Of a stretch of DNA of 39,261 nucleotides, positions 27,244-35,911 are shown piece by piece. The translations under genes were made by a program, and so were the position numbers. Origin of the DNA: Candidatus Zixiibacteriota bacterium (GTDB lineage Bacteria > UBP14 > UBA6098); NCBI GenBank assembly GCA_011388305.1, contig DSAF01000088.1, forward strand, positions 1-39,261, written 5' to 3'. Positions within the stretch are counted from its first letter, which is position 1; the number at the start of each line of letters is the position of its first letter. A model generated the notes under the pieces. It made no database searches, was not told where the DNA came from, and saw only the letters and a list, made by a program, of their open reading frames with translations.

Positions 27244-27381
27244 GCGCGGGGGCGTCGGCCCCTCCTGCGATTTGTCAAATCGCAGGAGGGAGCGAAGTAG
27301 TCGGTGGGAAGACTCTGCACTAAGCGCCAATCCCGCCCCGACTACTTCGCTGGCCGTCCACGGCCGCCGACGCCCCCGCGC
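27244..27381. repeat. Four-way-junction palindromic element, copy 2 (inverted relative to copy 1)
   Basis: P1 27244-27259/27366-27381 (16 bp); long hairpin 27260-27290; P3 27291-27304/27338-27351 with a 33-nt loop; short hairpin 27352-27365. Confidence 0.8.
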
Positions 27382-27515
27382 GAACTACAAGCAAAATCTT
27401 TTGCCAATATGACAAACACCCACTATCCCGTCTCGATCGATCAAATCGCTACTGAGGCGCATAAATACGCTATTTTGCGTGGTTTGGCATTTCGCTTGCA
27501 TTTATTAAATGCGCG

Positions 27516-27905
27516 ATGATGAAGATTAGAAAAATACTGATTCTGGAGGATGACCGCGCGGCTTCGGAAACGCTGACCGACTTTTTATCGGGCTTCGGCG
27601 TCGAATGCGAGTGCATCAAGAACGCCGATGATTTCGCTTCCGTTTTCTCACCGTCATTCGACGCGGCAATCATCGACATCAATATTGAGGGCGAATTTGA
27701 CGGACTGCATATTCTCCGCCAGATTAAATCTCGCCATTCGACAATATACACAATAGTAGTAACCGCAAAGGACATTGACGACAACCGCCGGCGAAGCATC
27801 GCCATGGGCGCGGATTCTTTTTTCGGCAAGCCGCTCGATCTCTCTCAAATTGCCGATGCCCTCGATCTTCGCGCTCCGGCAGACAGCCGAGAGGGGACGA
27901 TATGA
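27516..27905 (+). CDS. Single-domain response regulator (CheY-like receiver)
   Basis: ILILEDD, phospho-acceptor IIDINI, DG, VVTA, GADSFFGKP; no output domain. Confidence 0.88.
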   Translation: MMKIRKILILEDDRAASETLTDFLSGFGVECECIKNADDFASVFSPSFDAAIIDINIEGEFDGLHILRQIKSRHSTIYTIVVTAKDIDDNRRRSIAMGADSFFGKPLDLSQIADALDLRAPADSREGTI

Positions 27906-29392
27906 GCATACTTAAGCGCACCACGGCGTTGACCGCCACGCTCATTATATCGGGCTTTCTTTTGGGGGTCATCGCGACGGCCAACTGGGACGCCCTTTTC
28001 CGCGCGGGCAAAGTCGAGGTATCCACCTCAGGGGCGCAGGAACGCCCATCGCCCCGAAATGGCATCATGCTCCCGAACTTCGCGGACATCGCCGAGGAGA
28101 TCATGCCGACCGTCGTCACGGTTTACTCCGAGCAAGTCATACGCATCCGGAGGCCGAGCTTCGGCTTCGACGACGAGTTCTTCCGGCGCTTTTTCGGATT
28201 GCCAGACAGTCCCCGCGACCGCGAGCCTCAATACGACGAGTTCCGCCAGCAGGGACTGGGAAGCGGCGTCATCGTCACGACCGACGGATATATTCTCACA
28301 AACAATCACGTCATAGCCAACGCCGATGACATCCGCGTCAAGGCCGGCGATAGAACATTCGACGCCGAGGTGGTCGGCACAGACATCAAAACCGACCTCG
28401 CAGTGCTCAAAATCGAGCCGGACGGACCGCTCTCCGCTATCAAGCTGGGCGATTCGGACAAGATTCGCATAGGCGAATGGGTGCTGGCAGTCGGCCATCC
28501 GTTCAACCTCGACCATACCGTGACGGCGGGAATTCTCTCGGCGAAAGGCAGAAACCGCGTGGGAATCACCGATTATGAGGATTTCCTCCAGACCGACGCG
28601 GCAATCAATCCGGGCAACTCCGGCGGCGCGCTGGTCAACATGAACGGCGAGCTTATCGGAATTAACACGGCGATAGCCACGCGCACAGGATCGTCCGCCG
28701 GCGTAGGGTTCGCCATCCCGAGCAACATGGCGAAAGCCGTCATGGATCAGCTCATCGAGCACGGCAAAGTCCGGCGCGGCTATGTCGGCATCAACATACA
28801 AGACCTTACGCCCGAACTGGCCGATGCTATGGGCATCGACAGGACGGACGGCGTTATTATAACTCATGTCGTTTCCGGGCAGGCGGGCGATAAAGCCGGC
28901 CTCAAAGCATCCGACCTCGTGATTTCAATAGATGGCAGGCCGGTGAAAACCTCATCGGAGCTGAGAAATGTTATCGCTTCCAATCCCCCGGGCACCAAGA
29001 TTTCTCTCGAAATTATCCGCGATGGAAGAGTGAGAACTATCGACATCGTTTTGGGCGATTCACCCGATGCGGTGGCGGAACTGAAGCCCGAGCCGGAGAA
29101 ATCCCCGGACATCGGCATCGAACTCGAGCCGGCGGAGCCGTCCGACCTCGTGCAGTTCGGCTATTCCAAAGGCCTCATCGTCAAATCCGTAGAGCCAGGC
29201 TCCCCCGCAGACCGCGCGGGGATTATGCCCGGCGACATCGTGTTCGAGGTCAATCGCAGTGAGGTCGGCAAAATCGATGAATTCAACCGTCAGCTTCAAA
29301 AAACACCATCGGGGAGGCCGCTACTTCTCCTCGTCGGAAGAGGCGACGGGATGATGTATGTTGCATTGAATTTACACGATGACAAACGATAG
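27902..29392 (+). CDS. degP: DegP/DegQ (HtrA) periplasmic serine protease with 2 PDZ domains
   Basis: GSGVIV, TNNHV, DLAVLKI, QTDAAINPGNSGGAL, two PDZ domains. Confidence 0.95.
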   Translation: MSILKRTTALTATLIISGFLLGVIATANWDALFRAGKVEVSTSGAQERPSPRNGIMLPNFADIAEEIMPTVVTVYSEQVIRIRRPSFGFDDEFFRRFFGLPDSPRDREPQYDEFRQQGLGSGVIVTTDGYILTNNHVIANADDIRVKAGDRTFDAEVVGTDIKTDLAVLKIEPDGPLSAIKLGDSDKIRIGEWVLAVGHPFNLDHTVTAGILSAKGRNRVGITDYEDFLQTDAAINPGNSGGALVNMNGELIGINTAIATRTGSSAGVGFAIPSNMAKAVMDQLIEHGKVRRGYVGINIQDLTPELADAMGIDRTDGVIITHVVSGQAGDKAGLKASDLVISIDGRPVKTSSELRNVIASNPPGTKISLEIIRDGRVRTIDIVLGDSPDAVAELKPEPEKSPDIGIELEPAEPSDLVQFGYSKGLIVKSVEPGSPADRAGIMPGDIVFEVNRSEVGKIDEFNRQLQKTPSGRPLLLLVGRGDGMMYVALNLHDDKR

Positions 29393-29407
29393 CTCGTTCG
29401 CACCTTA

Positions 29408-29541
29408 CCTCCTTGGGGAACTTCGGGCTATCAAATATCGGGAATGCCGCTTCCGAGCGGCGAGTAAAATGAGGATTGCGAAAGATGCGGCGGACGCGAT
29501 CAACATTTGTCAAAGCTCGGAGCGGTTTCCCCCGAATGAGG
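29408..29541 (+). other. About 135-nt rod-like imperfect hairpin between degP and the bat/moxR operon
   Basis: Stacked stems cctc/gagg, ggggaa/ttcccc, cttcgggct/agctcggag (2 G-U), caaat/atttg, atcg/cgat, gccgc/gcggc. Confidence 0.55.
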
Positions 29542-29564
29542 AAATATAGGCCTCGGAGGTCGAT

Positions 29565-30470
29565 ATGGCCATTATCTATGTTTTGATTATTTTAGCGTCC
29601 GGCATTCTCGCGCAGGAGGCCGAGGCGACTTCCGTTCCCGAGTGGGGCGACATCGAGATTGAAAGCTCGCTCTCGGCGGACTCAGTCGCCCAAAACGATA
29701 CGCTTGTTTTCACGATGAAGCTCAAACTTCGTGGCAACCCCGACGACTACGCAATCGCCGAGCCGGGTTCGCCGCCGGTGAGCAATCTCACCCTCGTGGC
29801 AACATCGCAGGCAAACCGCACGGAGCGCCGCGACGGCGGCACCGAGTTAATCAAAGAATACCGATACAGCTACACGCCGATTTCGATAGGCATGGCATAT
29901 TTCAACCCGCTTCGGGTGCAGTATGTCTTCGTTCCGAACGGCGAGAGCAGGTCGCTGACGACGAGCCGCCTCGAAATCAAGGTCACCGAGCCGGTTCTCC
30001 CTAAGGAGAGCGCCGATTGGCTGGTCATTCTCATCGTCGTGGCGATTGTCATTGCGGGGGCGGCTATCGCATTCGTTCTCTCGAAAAAAACGCCGGTGGA
30101 GGCTTCGCCTGAGCAAATCCCCGACCCGCCGGAGAAGACCGCCCGCGAGCGGCTCGCCAAACTCAAGCCCCAGAGAGAGTCTGATATGGCGGCCTACATC
30201 GATGGAATCACGCGAATTCTTTACAACTATATATTCGACAGATACGCCATCGACACATCCAAGCTCTCGAAACGGGAGATGGTCTCCGCGCTGGAAGACA
30301 AAGGCGTCTCGTCGGTGAGAAGCATCGACATGGCTCTGGGGATTTGCGACGAAGTGCGCTTCGCCGCCCATAAGCCCACGCCAGACGACCGCGACGCAAT
30401 CGAGACGGCGCTCGAAGGCCTGCTCACTTTCGGCGAAAAGAGATTTGCCCCCGAGGAAGAGCCATCGTAA
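29565..30470 (+). CDS. BatD-like Ig-fold membrane protein
   Basis: Signal peptide; beta-rich domain (LSADSV...YRYSYTP...LEIKV); TM; C-terminal helical domain ending CDEVRFA; SD GGAGG. Confidence 0.7.
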   Translation: MAIIYVLIILASGILAQEAEATSVPEWGDIEIESSLSADSVAQNDTLVFTMKLKLRGNPDDYAIAEPGSPPVSNLTLVATSQANRTERRDGGTELIKEYRYSYTPISIGMAYFNPLRVQYVFVPNGESRSLTTSRLEIKVTEPVLPKESADWLVILIVVAIVIAGAAIAFVLSKKTPVEASPEQIPDPPEKTARERLAKLKPQRESDMAAYIDGITRILYNYIFDRYAIDTSKLSKREMVSALEDKGVSSVRSIDMALGICDEVRFAAHKPTPDDRDAIETALEGLLTFGEKRFAPEEEPS

Positions 30471-30506
30471 AACGACAAAGAATAACTATACAAAAAGCGA
30501 GGTGAT

Positions 30507-31496
30507 ATGAACGAAGAAATCATGCGCTTGAACGAGCGAATCGCCGAGGAGTCGCGCTTCGTGGAGGACATGCGAGCCGAATTCTCCAAGGTAATCGTCG
30601 GCCAAAAACTACTTATCGACCGCTTAATTATCGGACTTCTGGCCAACGGACACGTCCTTCTCGAGGGTGTCCCGGGAATCGCGAAAACGCTCTCTGTGCA
30701 GACATTGGCGAACATCGTGCAGGCCGAGTTCCAGCGGATTCAATTCACGCCGGATCTTCTGCCGGCGGACATAGTTGGGACTTTGGTCTATAATCAAGCC
30801 AAAGGCACATTCACCACGAAGCAAGGCCCGATTTTTGCCAACATCATTCTCGCCGATGAAATCAACCGCGCGCCGGCGAAAGTCCAGTCCGCGCTTCTGG
30901 AGGCGATGCAAGAGCGGCAGGTGACTATCGGCGAGGAGACATTCCCACTGCCGAACCCGTTCATGGTGCTCGCTACCCAGAACCCAATCGAGCAACAGGG
31001 GACATATCCCCTTCCCGAGGCGCAGGTTGACCGCTTCCTTCTCAAAGTCATCGTGGAATACCCCGAGCGAGAGGAGGAGCGCGAGGTGATGCGCATTCAC
31101 GGCAAAATCCAGCCGCCGAGAGCCTCCGCGACCGTCAAACCCGAGGACATCGTCAAGGCGCGGGCAACCGTCAGGGACATCTATGTTGACGAGAAAATCG
31201 AATCGTATATACTCGATTTAGTTTTCGCAACGAGAAAGCCCTCGCAATATGGCCTCGACGAGCTTGAGGAGCTAATCCAATACGGCGCCAGCCCCCGCGC
31301 AACGCTCTATCTGCGAAGTTGCGCGCAGGCACGCGCATTCATGCAACACCGTGGATATGTCACCCCCGAGGATGTCCGCACAATCGCGATGGACGTGCTT
31401 CGCCACCGGGTGATTCCCACATACGAGGCCGAGGCTGAGGAGATTACATCGGAGGACATCGTTCGCAAAGTTCTCGGTGCCGTCGAGGTGCCTTGA
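30507..31496 (+). CDS. moxR: MoxR-family AAA+ ATPase
   Basis: HVLLEGVPGIAKT, RIQFTPDLLPAD, LADEINRAPAKVQSALLEAM, ATQNPIE, GASPRA. Confidence 0.96.
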   Translation: MNEEIMRLNERIAEESRFVEDMRAEFSKVIVGQKLLIDRLIIGLLANGHVLLEGVPGIAKTLSVQTLANIVQAEFQRIQFTPDLLPADIVGTLVYNQAKGTFTTKQGPIFANIILADEINRAPAKVQSALLEAMQERQVTIGEETFPLPNPFMVLATQNPIEQQGTYPLPEAQVDRFLLKVIVEYPEREEEREVMRIHGKIQPPRASATVKPEDIVKARATVRDIYVDEKIESYILDLVFATRKPSQYGLDELEELIQYGASPRATLYLRSCAQARAFMQHRGYVTPEDVRTIAMDVLRHRVIPTYEAEAEEITSEDIVRKVLGAVEVP

Positions 31497-31519
31497 TGAC
31501 GATATGTCGAGAGAGGTAG

Positions 31520-32299
31520 ATGAACAAAGCCGCCGAAAATAAAAAGCGCAAAGAGAGCGACTGGGACCGCGCATTCATGGAGCTTGTCGAATCTCCGGAC
31601 AGTTTGTCCGGCATTCGGACGCCGCTTATGGTGCAGTGGCTCATAGGAATCTGCGTTGTGCTCTTCGCCCTGCTGTTCTTTCTTGGGCAGGTGCTTCCGG
31701 CGGAGAAGTCCGGCCTATATTTGCTCATCTCGGCGCTGTCGATATTGGCGATTGGGATTTTTGGGATGTTCGCGCTGTCGAGGGCCGCAAACCAGTCGCG
31801 CAAACTCAAAGACCTGCTCGACATTGACCGCGCGACAGGCCTATATAGCTCGATATTCCTCATGGAGGAGCTTGACCGCCTGACATCGGCAGGCAAGGGC
31901 GAATTGTCGGTAATTTTCATCGACCTCGACGAGCTGAAGCAATATAACGATAAATACGGCCACCGCAGGGGAGACCAGCTCATCCGAAGCGCGGGACAGG
32001 CAATCAAATCCGCCATCGCGGGGCACGGGACGGGATTCAGATACGGCGGCGACGAGTTCGTGGCGATTCTTCAGAATGTGCTACCAGAGACCGCCGTGCA
32101 AATTGCCAAGAGAGTGCAGAAATCTTTCGAGGATAGCGGAATCTCCGCATCGATAGGCATCTGCAGGTGGCGCCCGGGGATGTCATCGGACGAGCTAATC
32201 GACTCCGCCGACAAGGCCATGTATATGGCCAAACGAGCCGGCAAAGGCAGGCTTTTCATTCCGGATTTGGCCGGAGGATTTTCTAAAGGAGAAAAATGA
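31520..32299 (+). CDS. Membrane-anchored diguanylate cyclase (2 TM + GGDEF)
   Basis: FIDLDELKQYNDKYGHRRGD, RYGGDEF, SIG, ADKAMYMAKRAGK. Confidence 0.93.
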   Translation: MNKAAENKKRKESDWDRAFMELVESPDSLSGIRTPLMVQWLIGICVVLFALLFFLGQVLPAEKSGLYLLISALSILAIGIFGMFALSRAANQSRKLKDLLDIDRATGLYSSIFLMEELDRLTSAGKGELSVIFIDLDELKQYNDKYGHRRGDQLIRSAGQAIKSAIAGHGTGFRYGGDEFVAILQNVLPETAVQIAKRVQKSFEDSGISASIGICRWRPGMSSDELIDSADKAMYMAKRAGKGRLFIPDLAGGFSKGEK

Positions 32300-32859
32300 A
32301 GAAAGCGCTTCTACTCGTGTTGCTTATTGCTATTACACTCTCGGCCGCCGAGGATGTGACGGAAAGCACGCCGCCGAGACTCGGCCCGGCGGTTGGCATA
32401 ATGAACGCGCCGCTGGCCATAGGATACCGCATTCCCACTTCGGGGTATCGGAGCATCGATTTCGCTGTGCGCATTCCCGAGTTCTACAAAAACGACACCG
32501 GCGGCGTGGGCTTCTCGCTCGGCGCGCTCGCAGGATATAATATCCCCATGCGCATCGAGGAGAACATCGCTTTCGTGGTGAAGCCGCAGTTCGACATCGC
32601 GTTCTCCGCAGAGGATTTCAAAGCCGGCGATGATAGCTATCATACGAATACGATAAGCCTCAGGCCGGGGGCGTTCATGGGCGTCGAAGTCTTCCTCGAG
32701 GAGGTCGGCGTTAGCGATGTGAATATCGCGCTGGGATTCACGACCGGCATGGAACTTAACATCGTCGATAGCGGCTCGTCCTCTGCGGTATCGACTTTTC
32801 ATGTCCCAAAAGCGACATGGCCGTTCGGCGCAACAGTTGCGGTATGGTGGTATTTTTAG
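32296..32859 (+). CDS. Exported protein, probable small outer-membrane beta-barrel
   Basis: Signal peptide; amphipathic beta-strand pattern; C-terminal aromatic WWYF; ATGA overlap with the GGDEF gene. Confidence 0.65.
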   Translation: MKKALLLVLLIAITLSAAEDVTESTPPRLGPAVGIMNAPLAIGYRIPTSGYRSIDFAVRIPEFYKNDTGGVGFSLGALAGYNIPMRIEENIAFVVKPQFDIAFSAEDFKAGDDSYHTNTISLRPGAFMGVEVFLEEVGVSDVNIALGFTTGMELNIVDSGSSSAVSTFHVPKATWPFGATVAVWWYF

Positions 32860-32935
32860 ATTTGAGATTTGAAAGTTGAGAGTGGAGAGTGAACTACCTA
32901 AAACCTATAACCCATAACCCAAAACCTATACCAAC
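32859..32935. repeat. Degenerate 7-bp tandem arrays upstream of DUF58
   Basis: gatttga gatttga aagttga gagtgga gagtgaa, then acctaaa acctata acccata acccaaa acctata. Confidence 0.8.
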
Positions 32936-33811
32936 ATGATACCCAAGGAGATATTTAGGAAAATCCGCCGCCTCGACATCCGGACGAACAAGGTTGTCAA
33001 GGACATCTTCTCCGGCAAATATCACTCGGTGTTCAAAGGCCGAGGCATGGAGTTCACCGAGGTGCGCGAGTATGTCGTCGGCGATGATATTCGCAATATC
33101 GACTGGAACGTGACGGCGAGAACCGGAGAGCCTTATGTCAAGATTTTCGAGGAGGAGCGCGAACTGACCGTCATGCTCATGGTCGATGTGTCCAGCTCGG
33201 GCGAGTTCGGCACCGCAACGAGCATGAAGCGCGACATCGCCCTCGAAATCTGCGCGCTATTGGCGTTCTCGGCAATCGACAACAACGACCTCGTCGGCCT
33301 CATCATGTTCACCGACAAAATTGAGCGATGCATAATGCCCAAAAAGGGCAAGCGCCATGTCCTTCGCATTTTGCGAGAATTGCTCTACTTCAAGCCCGAG
33401 GACACGCAGACAGACCTCGCGCTCCCTTTGGATTATCTGAACAAAATCACCAAACGGAGCGCAATCGCGTTCATGATAAGCGATTTTATCGGCGAGGGAT
33501 ACGAGAAGGCAATGGCCGTCACCGCCAAAAAACATGACCTCGTGCCGATAGTCATTACCGACCCGCGCGAGCTTGAAATGCCCGGCATAGGCCTTGTAGA
33601 GATGGAGGACGCCGAGACCGGCACAACCGTCCTCATAGATACATCCGACCCGCAACTTCGGTCGAAGTTCGGCCTCAATGTATCCGAGGCACAGCTTAAG
33701 CGCGAGAAAGTTTTCAAGAGCATCGGCGTGGACAAAATCGACATTCGTATCGACAAGCCGTATATAGACGAGTTGATAGCGTTCTTTAAGAAAAGGGCGG
33801 CGAGATATTAG
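32936..33811 (+). CDS. DUF58 family protein (MoxR-associated, vWA-like)
   Basis: GKYHSVFKGRGMEFTEVREY, GDDIRNIDWNVTAR, FEEERE, DVSSS, ISDF. Confidence 0.95.
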   Translation: MIPKEIFRKIRRLDIRTNKVVKDIFSGKYHSVFKGRGMEFTEVREYVVGDDIRNIDWNVTARTGEPYVKIFEEERELTVMLMVDVSSSGEFGTATSMKRDIALEICALLAFSAIDNNDLVGLIMFTDKIERCIMPKKGKRHVLRILRELLYFKPEDTQTDLALPLDYLNKITKRSAIAFMISDFIGEGYEKAMAVTAKKHDLVPIVITDPRELEMPGIGLVEMEDAETGTTVLIDTSDPQLRSKFGLNVSEAQLKREKVFKSIGVDKIDIRIDKPYIDELIAFFKKRAARY

Positions 33812-33813
33812 GT

Positions 33814-33855
33814 GTTGGATTATGGGTTATAGGTTATGGGTATTAGGTATAAGGG
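33814..33855. repeat. 7-bp tandem array, reverse complement of the array upstream of DUF58
   Basis: tatgggt tataggt tatgggt attaggt ataaggg; 33820-33835 is the exact reverse complement of 32902-32917. Confidence 0.8.
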
Positions 33856-33870
33856 ACAAGGTGATAAGCT

Positions 33871-34824
33871 ATGGATAAGACAGGCGATCCGAGTAAAACG
33901 ATAAGAATTGCCCTAATCATAAGCCTCGCGGGCACACTCTGCACCGCGATCGCGCTGATTATTATGATAGCCATGCCACAGCGCAAGCCCATGAGCCTCG
34001 ACGAGGCCAGAAGCTACGCCGCCAAGCTCGCCAACGCGGAACTGTATGAGCAGGCCGTCGATGAATATGAGCGGATTTTCGCCGAATATCGCCTCTCCGA
34101 CCGCGACGCGGGGAGCATTCTCTACCAAGTCGGCACAATCTCCGGCGAGAAGCTCCATCAGCCGGCGAGAGCAATGGCGGCGTTCCTCAAGTTTCAAGAG
34201 CTTTACCCTATGCACCCGCTCATCGACGATGTGAACCGCAAAGCAGTCGCACAGCTCGACAGAATGGGCAAGTCGCGGCAGGCACAGAGCCTGCTTAGGC
34301 GAAGCGTCTCGCTCGGCAAGCCCGCAGACGAGGCCGACGACCCATCGCGGATAGTCGCGAAAATCGGCGATAGAGTAATCACCGCCGAAGAGGTAGAAAG
34401 CGCGCTGGAGGAACTTCCGAGGGAGGTATCGGCACAGCTCGGCGATGCCGTCGGGAAACAGCGATTCCTGCAAGAATATATTGGCCAACAGCTTATATAT
34501 AACGCCGCAATCCGCGCCGGATACGACCAACGGCCGGAAATTCTCGATCAACTCGAATCGGCGCAGATGAATATCATCGTCGCGGCGTTCTTCAAGGAGA
34601 GAATCGCCGATAGAGTGCAAATCTCCTCATCGGACATTGAAGTTTATTATAACATGAACAAGGCAAATTTTGGCGATAGGCCGCTCGAGGAGGTTCGTTC
34701 GCAAGTCGAACAGAAACTCCGATATCAGAAGATGGCCGAGCTTCAAGGCAAGATTTTCGAAGAACTAATGGAAACCGAGAACGTTCAGCTATTTCCGGAG
34801 AACCTGAGCAAACCCGAAGAATAG
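33871..34824 (+). CDS. Membrane-anchored TPR plus SurA/PrsA-like chaperone-domain protein (no parvulin core seen)
   Basis: N-terminal TM; TPR-like helices; IVAKIGDRVITAEEV, LIYNAA, SDIEVYY, PLEEVRSQV. Confidence 0.7.
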   Translation: MDKTGDPSKTIRIALIISLAGTLCTAIALIIMIAMPQRKPMSLDEARSYAAKLANAELYEQAVDEYERIFAEYRLSDRDAGSILYQVGTISGEKLHQPARAMAAFLKFQELYPMHPLIDDVNRKAVAQLDRMGKSRQAQSLLRRSVSLGKPADEADDPSRIVAKIGDRVITAEEVESALEELPREVSAQLGDAVGKQRFLQEYIGQQLIYNAAIRAGYDQRPEILDQLESAQMNIIVAAFFKERIADRVQISSSDIEVYYNMNKANFGDRPLEEVRSQVEQKLRYQKMAELQGKIFEELMETENVQLFPENLSKPEE

Positions 34825-34828
34825 TAGC

Positions 34829-35911
34829 ATGAAATGGCGTAGTATATTATTGATTATCGCATTGGCAACGATGGCCTCGTTGGCGCAGAAGGCATCCATT
34901 CAGACATCGGCCGAGCCGACGACTATTACTATCGGCGATTTGATAACCTACACGGTCGAGATTGTCCGCGAGCCTGATATTACAATACACTGGCCGGGTG
35001 CCGCCGCAGAGCTTGGGCAGTTCCAGATTGTTGATTTCGAGCCGGTCGATCGCACCCCCCTCGACGATGGGCGCCAGTGCGAGGCAATGACTTATTACAT
35101 AAGCACTTATGATGTCGGAGATTGGATAATTCCGCCAACGGCCATCGCATATTTCGACTCATCCGATGACACGACAGTTTTCCTCCGCACCGAGCCGATT
35201 CCCATCACGGTCAAATCTCTGCTCTCCGAGGCCGATTGGGAGCGCATCCGCGCAATCACCGAGATGGACACGACTTATGCGGGCATGGAGAAACAAATCG
35301 CCGCCGGCAGAGTCCTCCAGATGGCCAAGGATGACCTTCTGCGAGACATCACCTCGCCCAAGCGCATCAAACGCCCTGCGCGTTTCTGGATTGGGCTTGC
35401 CGTCGTCGCGATTATCATTGCGGGATTGATAGTCGGCTTTTTGTATTGGCGTAAACGGCGAAATATCCCCGGCGCGATACTCAGCTTCTCCGCGCCGGCG
35501 GTTCCGCCTCGCGAGTGGGCTTTGGGCGAAATCGCCGCCCTCGTCGCGGGGGATTGGCTCTCCCGCAGAGAATTCAAGTTGTTCTACTCGCGCCTCTCCG
35601 ATATCGTCCGAGAGTATATCGAGAGGCAGATGGGCGTCCGAGCACTCGAACTTTCGACAGGCGAAACGATGGAGAACCTCTCGGCATCGGCATATCCTAT
35701 TGTTGAGGACGACGAAAAGCTTCTTCTGGATATTCTCGAGCGTTGCGACCTCGTAAAGTTCGCCAAGTTCGTTCCGCCGGAGGACTGGCATTACAATCTA
35801 ATTGACCGTGCGAAGGACTTCGTAGAGCACACAACGCCGCCCGAACCCGAACCATCACCGGAGACCGCGCCCAATGTCGAGGAACTCCCCGCCGGAAAGG
35901 AGGCCGAATGA
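34829..35911 (+). CDS. BatD/DUF4381-like protein upstream of batA
   Basis: Signal peptide; ITIGDLITY; TM with WRKRR; FYSRLSDIVREYIE, ALELSTGE, CDLVKFAK. Confidence 0.8.
   Translation: MKWRSILLIIALATMASLAQKASIQTSAEPTTITIGDLITYTVEIVREPDITIHWPGAAAELGQFQIVDFEPVDRTPLDDGRQCEAMTYYISTYDVGDWIIPPTAIAYFDSSDDTTVFLRTEPIPITVKSLLSEADWERIRAITEMDTTYAGMEKQIAAGRVLQMAKDDLLRDITSPKRIKRPARFWIGLAVVAIIIAGLIVGFLYWRKRRNIPGAILSFSAPAVPPREWALGEIAALVAGDWLSRREFKLFYSRLSDIVREYIERQMGVRALELSTGETMENLSASAYPIVEDDEKLLLDILERCDLVKFAKFVPPEDWHYNLIDRAKDFVEHTTPPEPEPSPETAPNVEELPAGKEAE

Noticed and set aside
32859-33855. Possible CRISPR array, or attC cassettes among the repeats and hairpins
   Set aside because: Repeats have period 7 with no unique spacers; no cas or integrase gene; the hairpins lack RYYYAAC/GTTRRRY ends.
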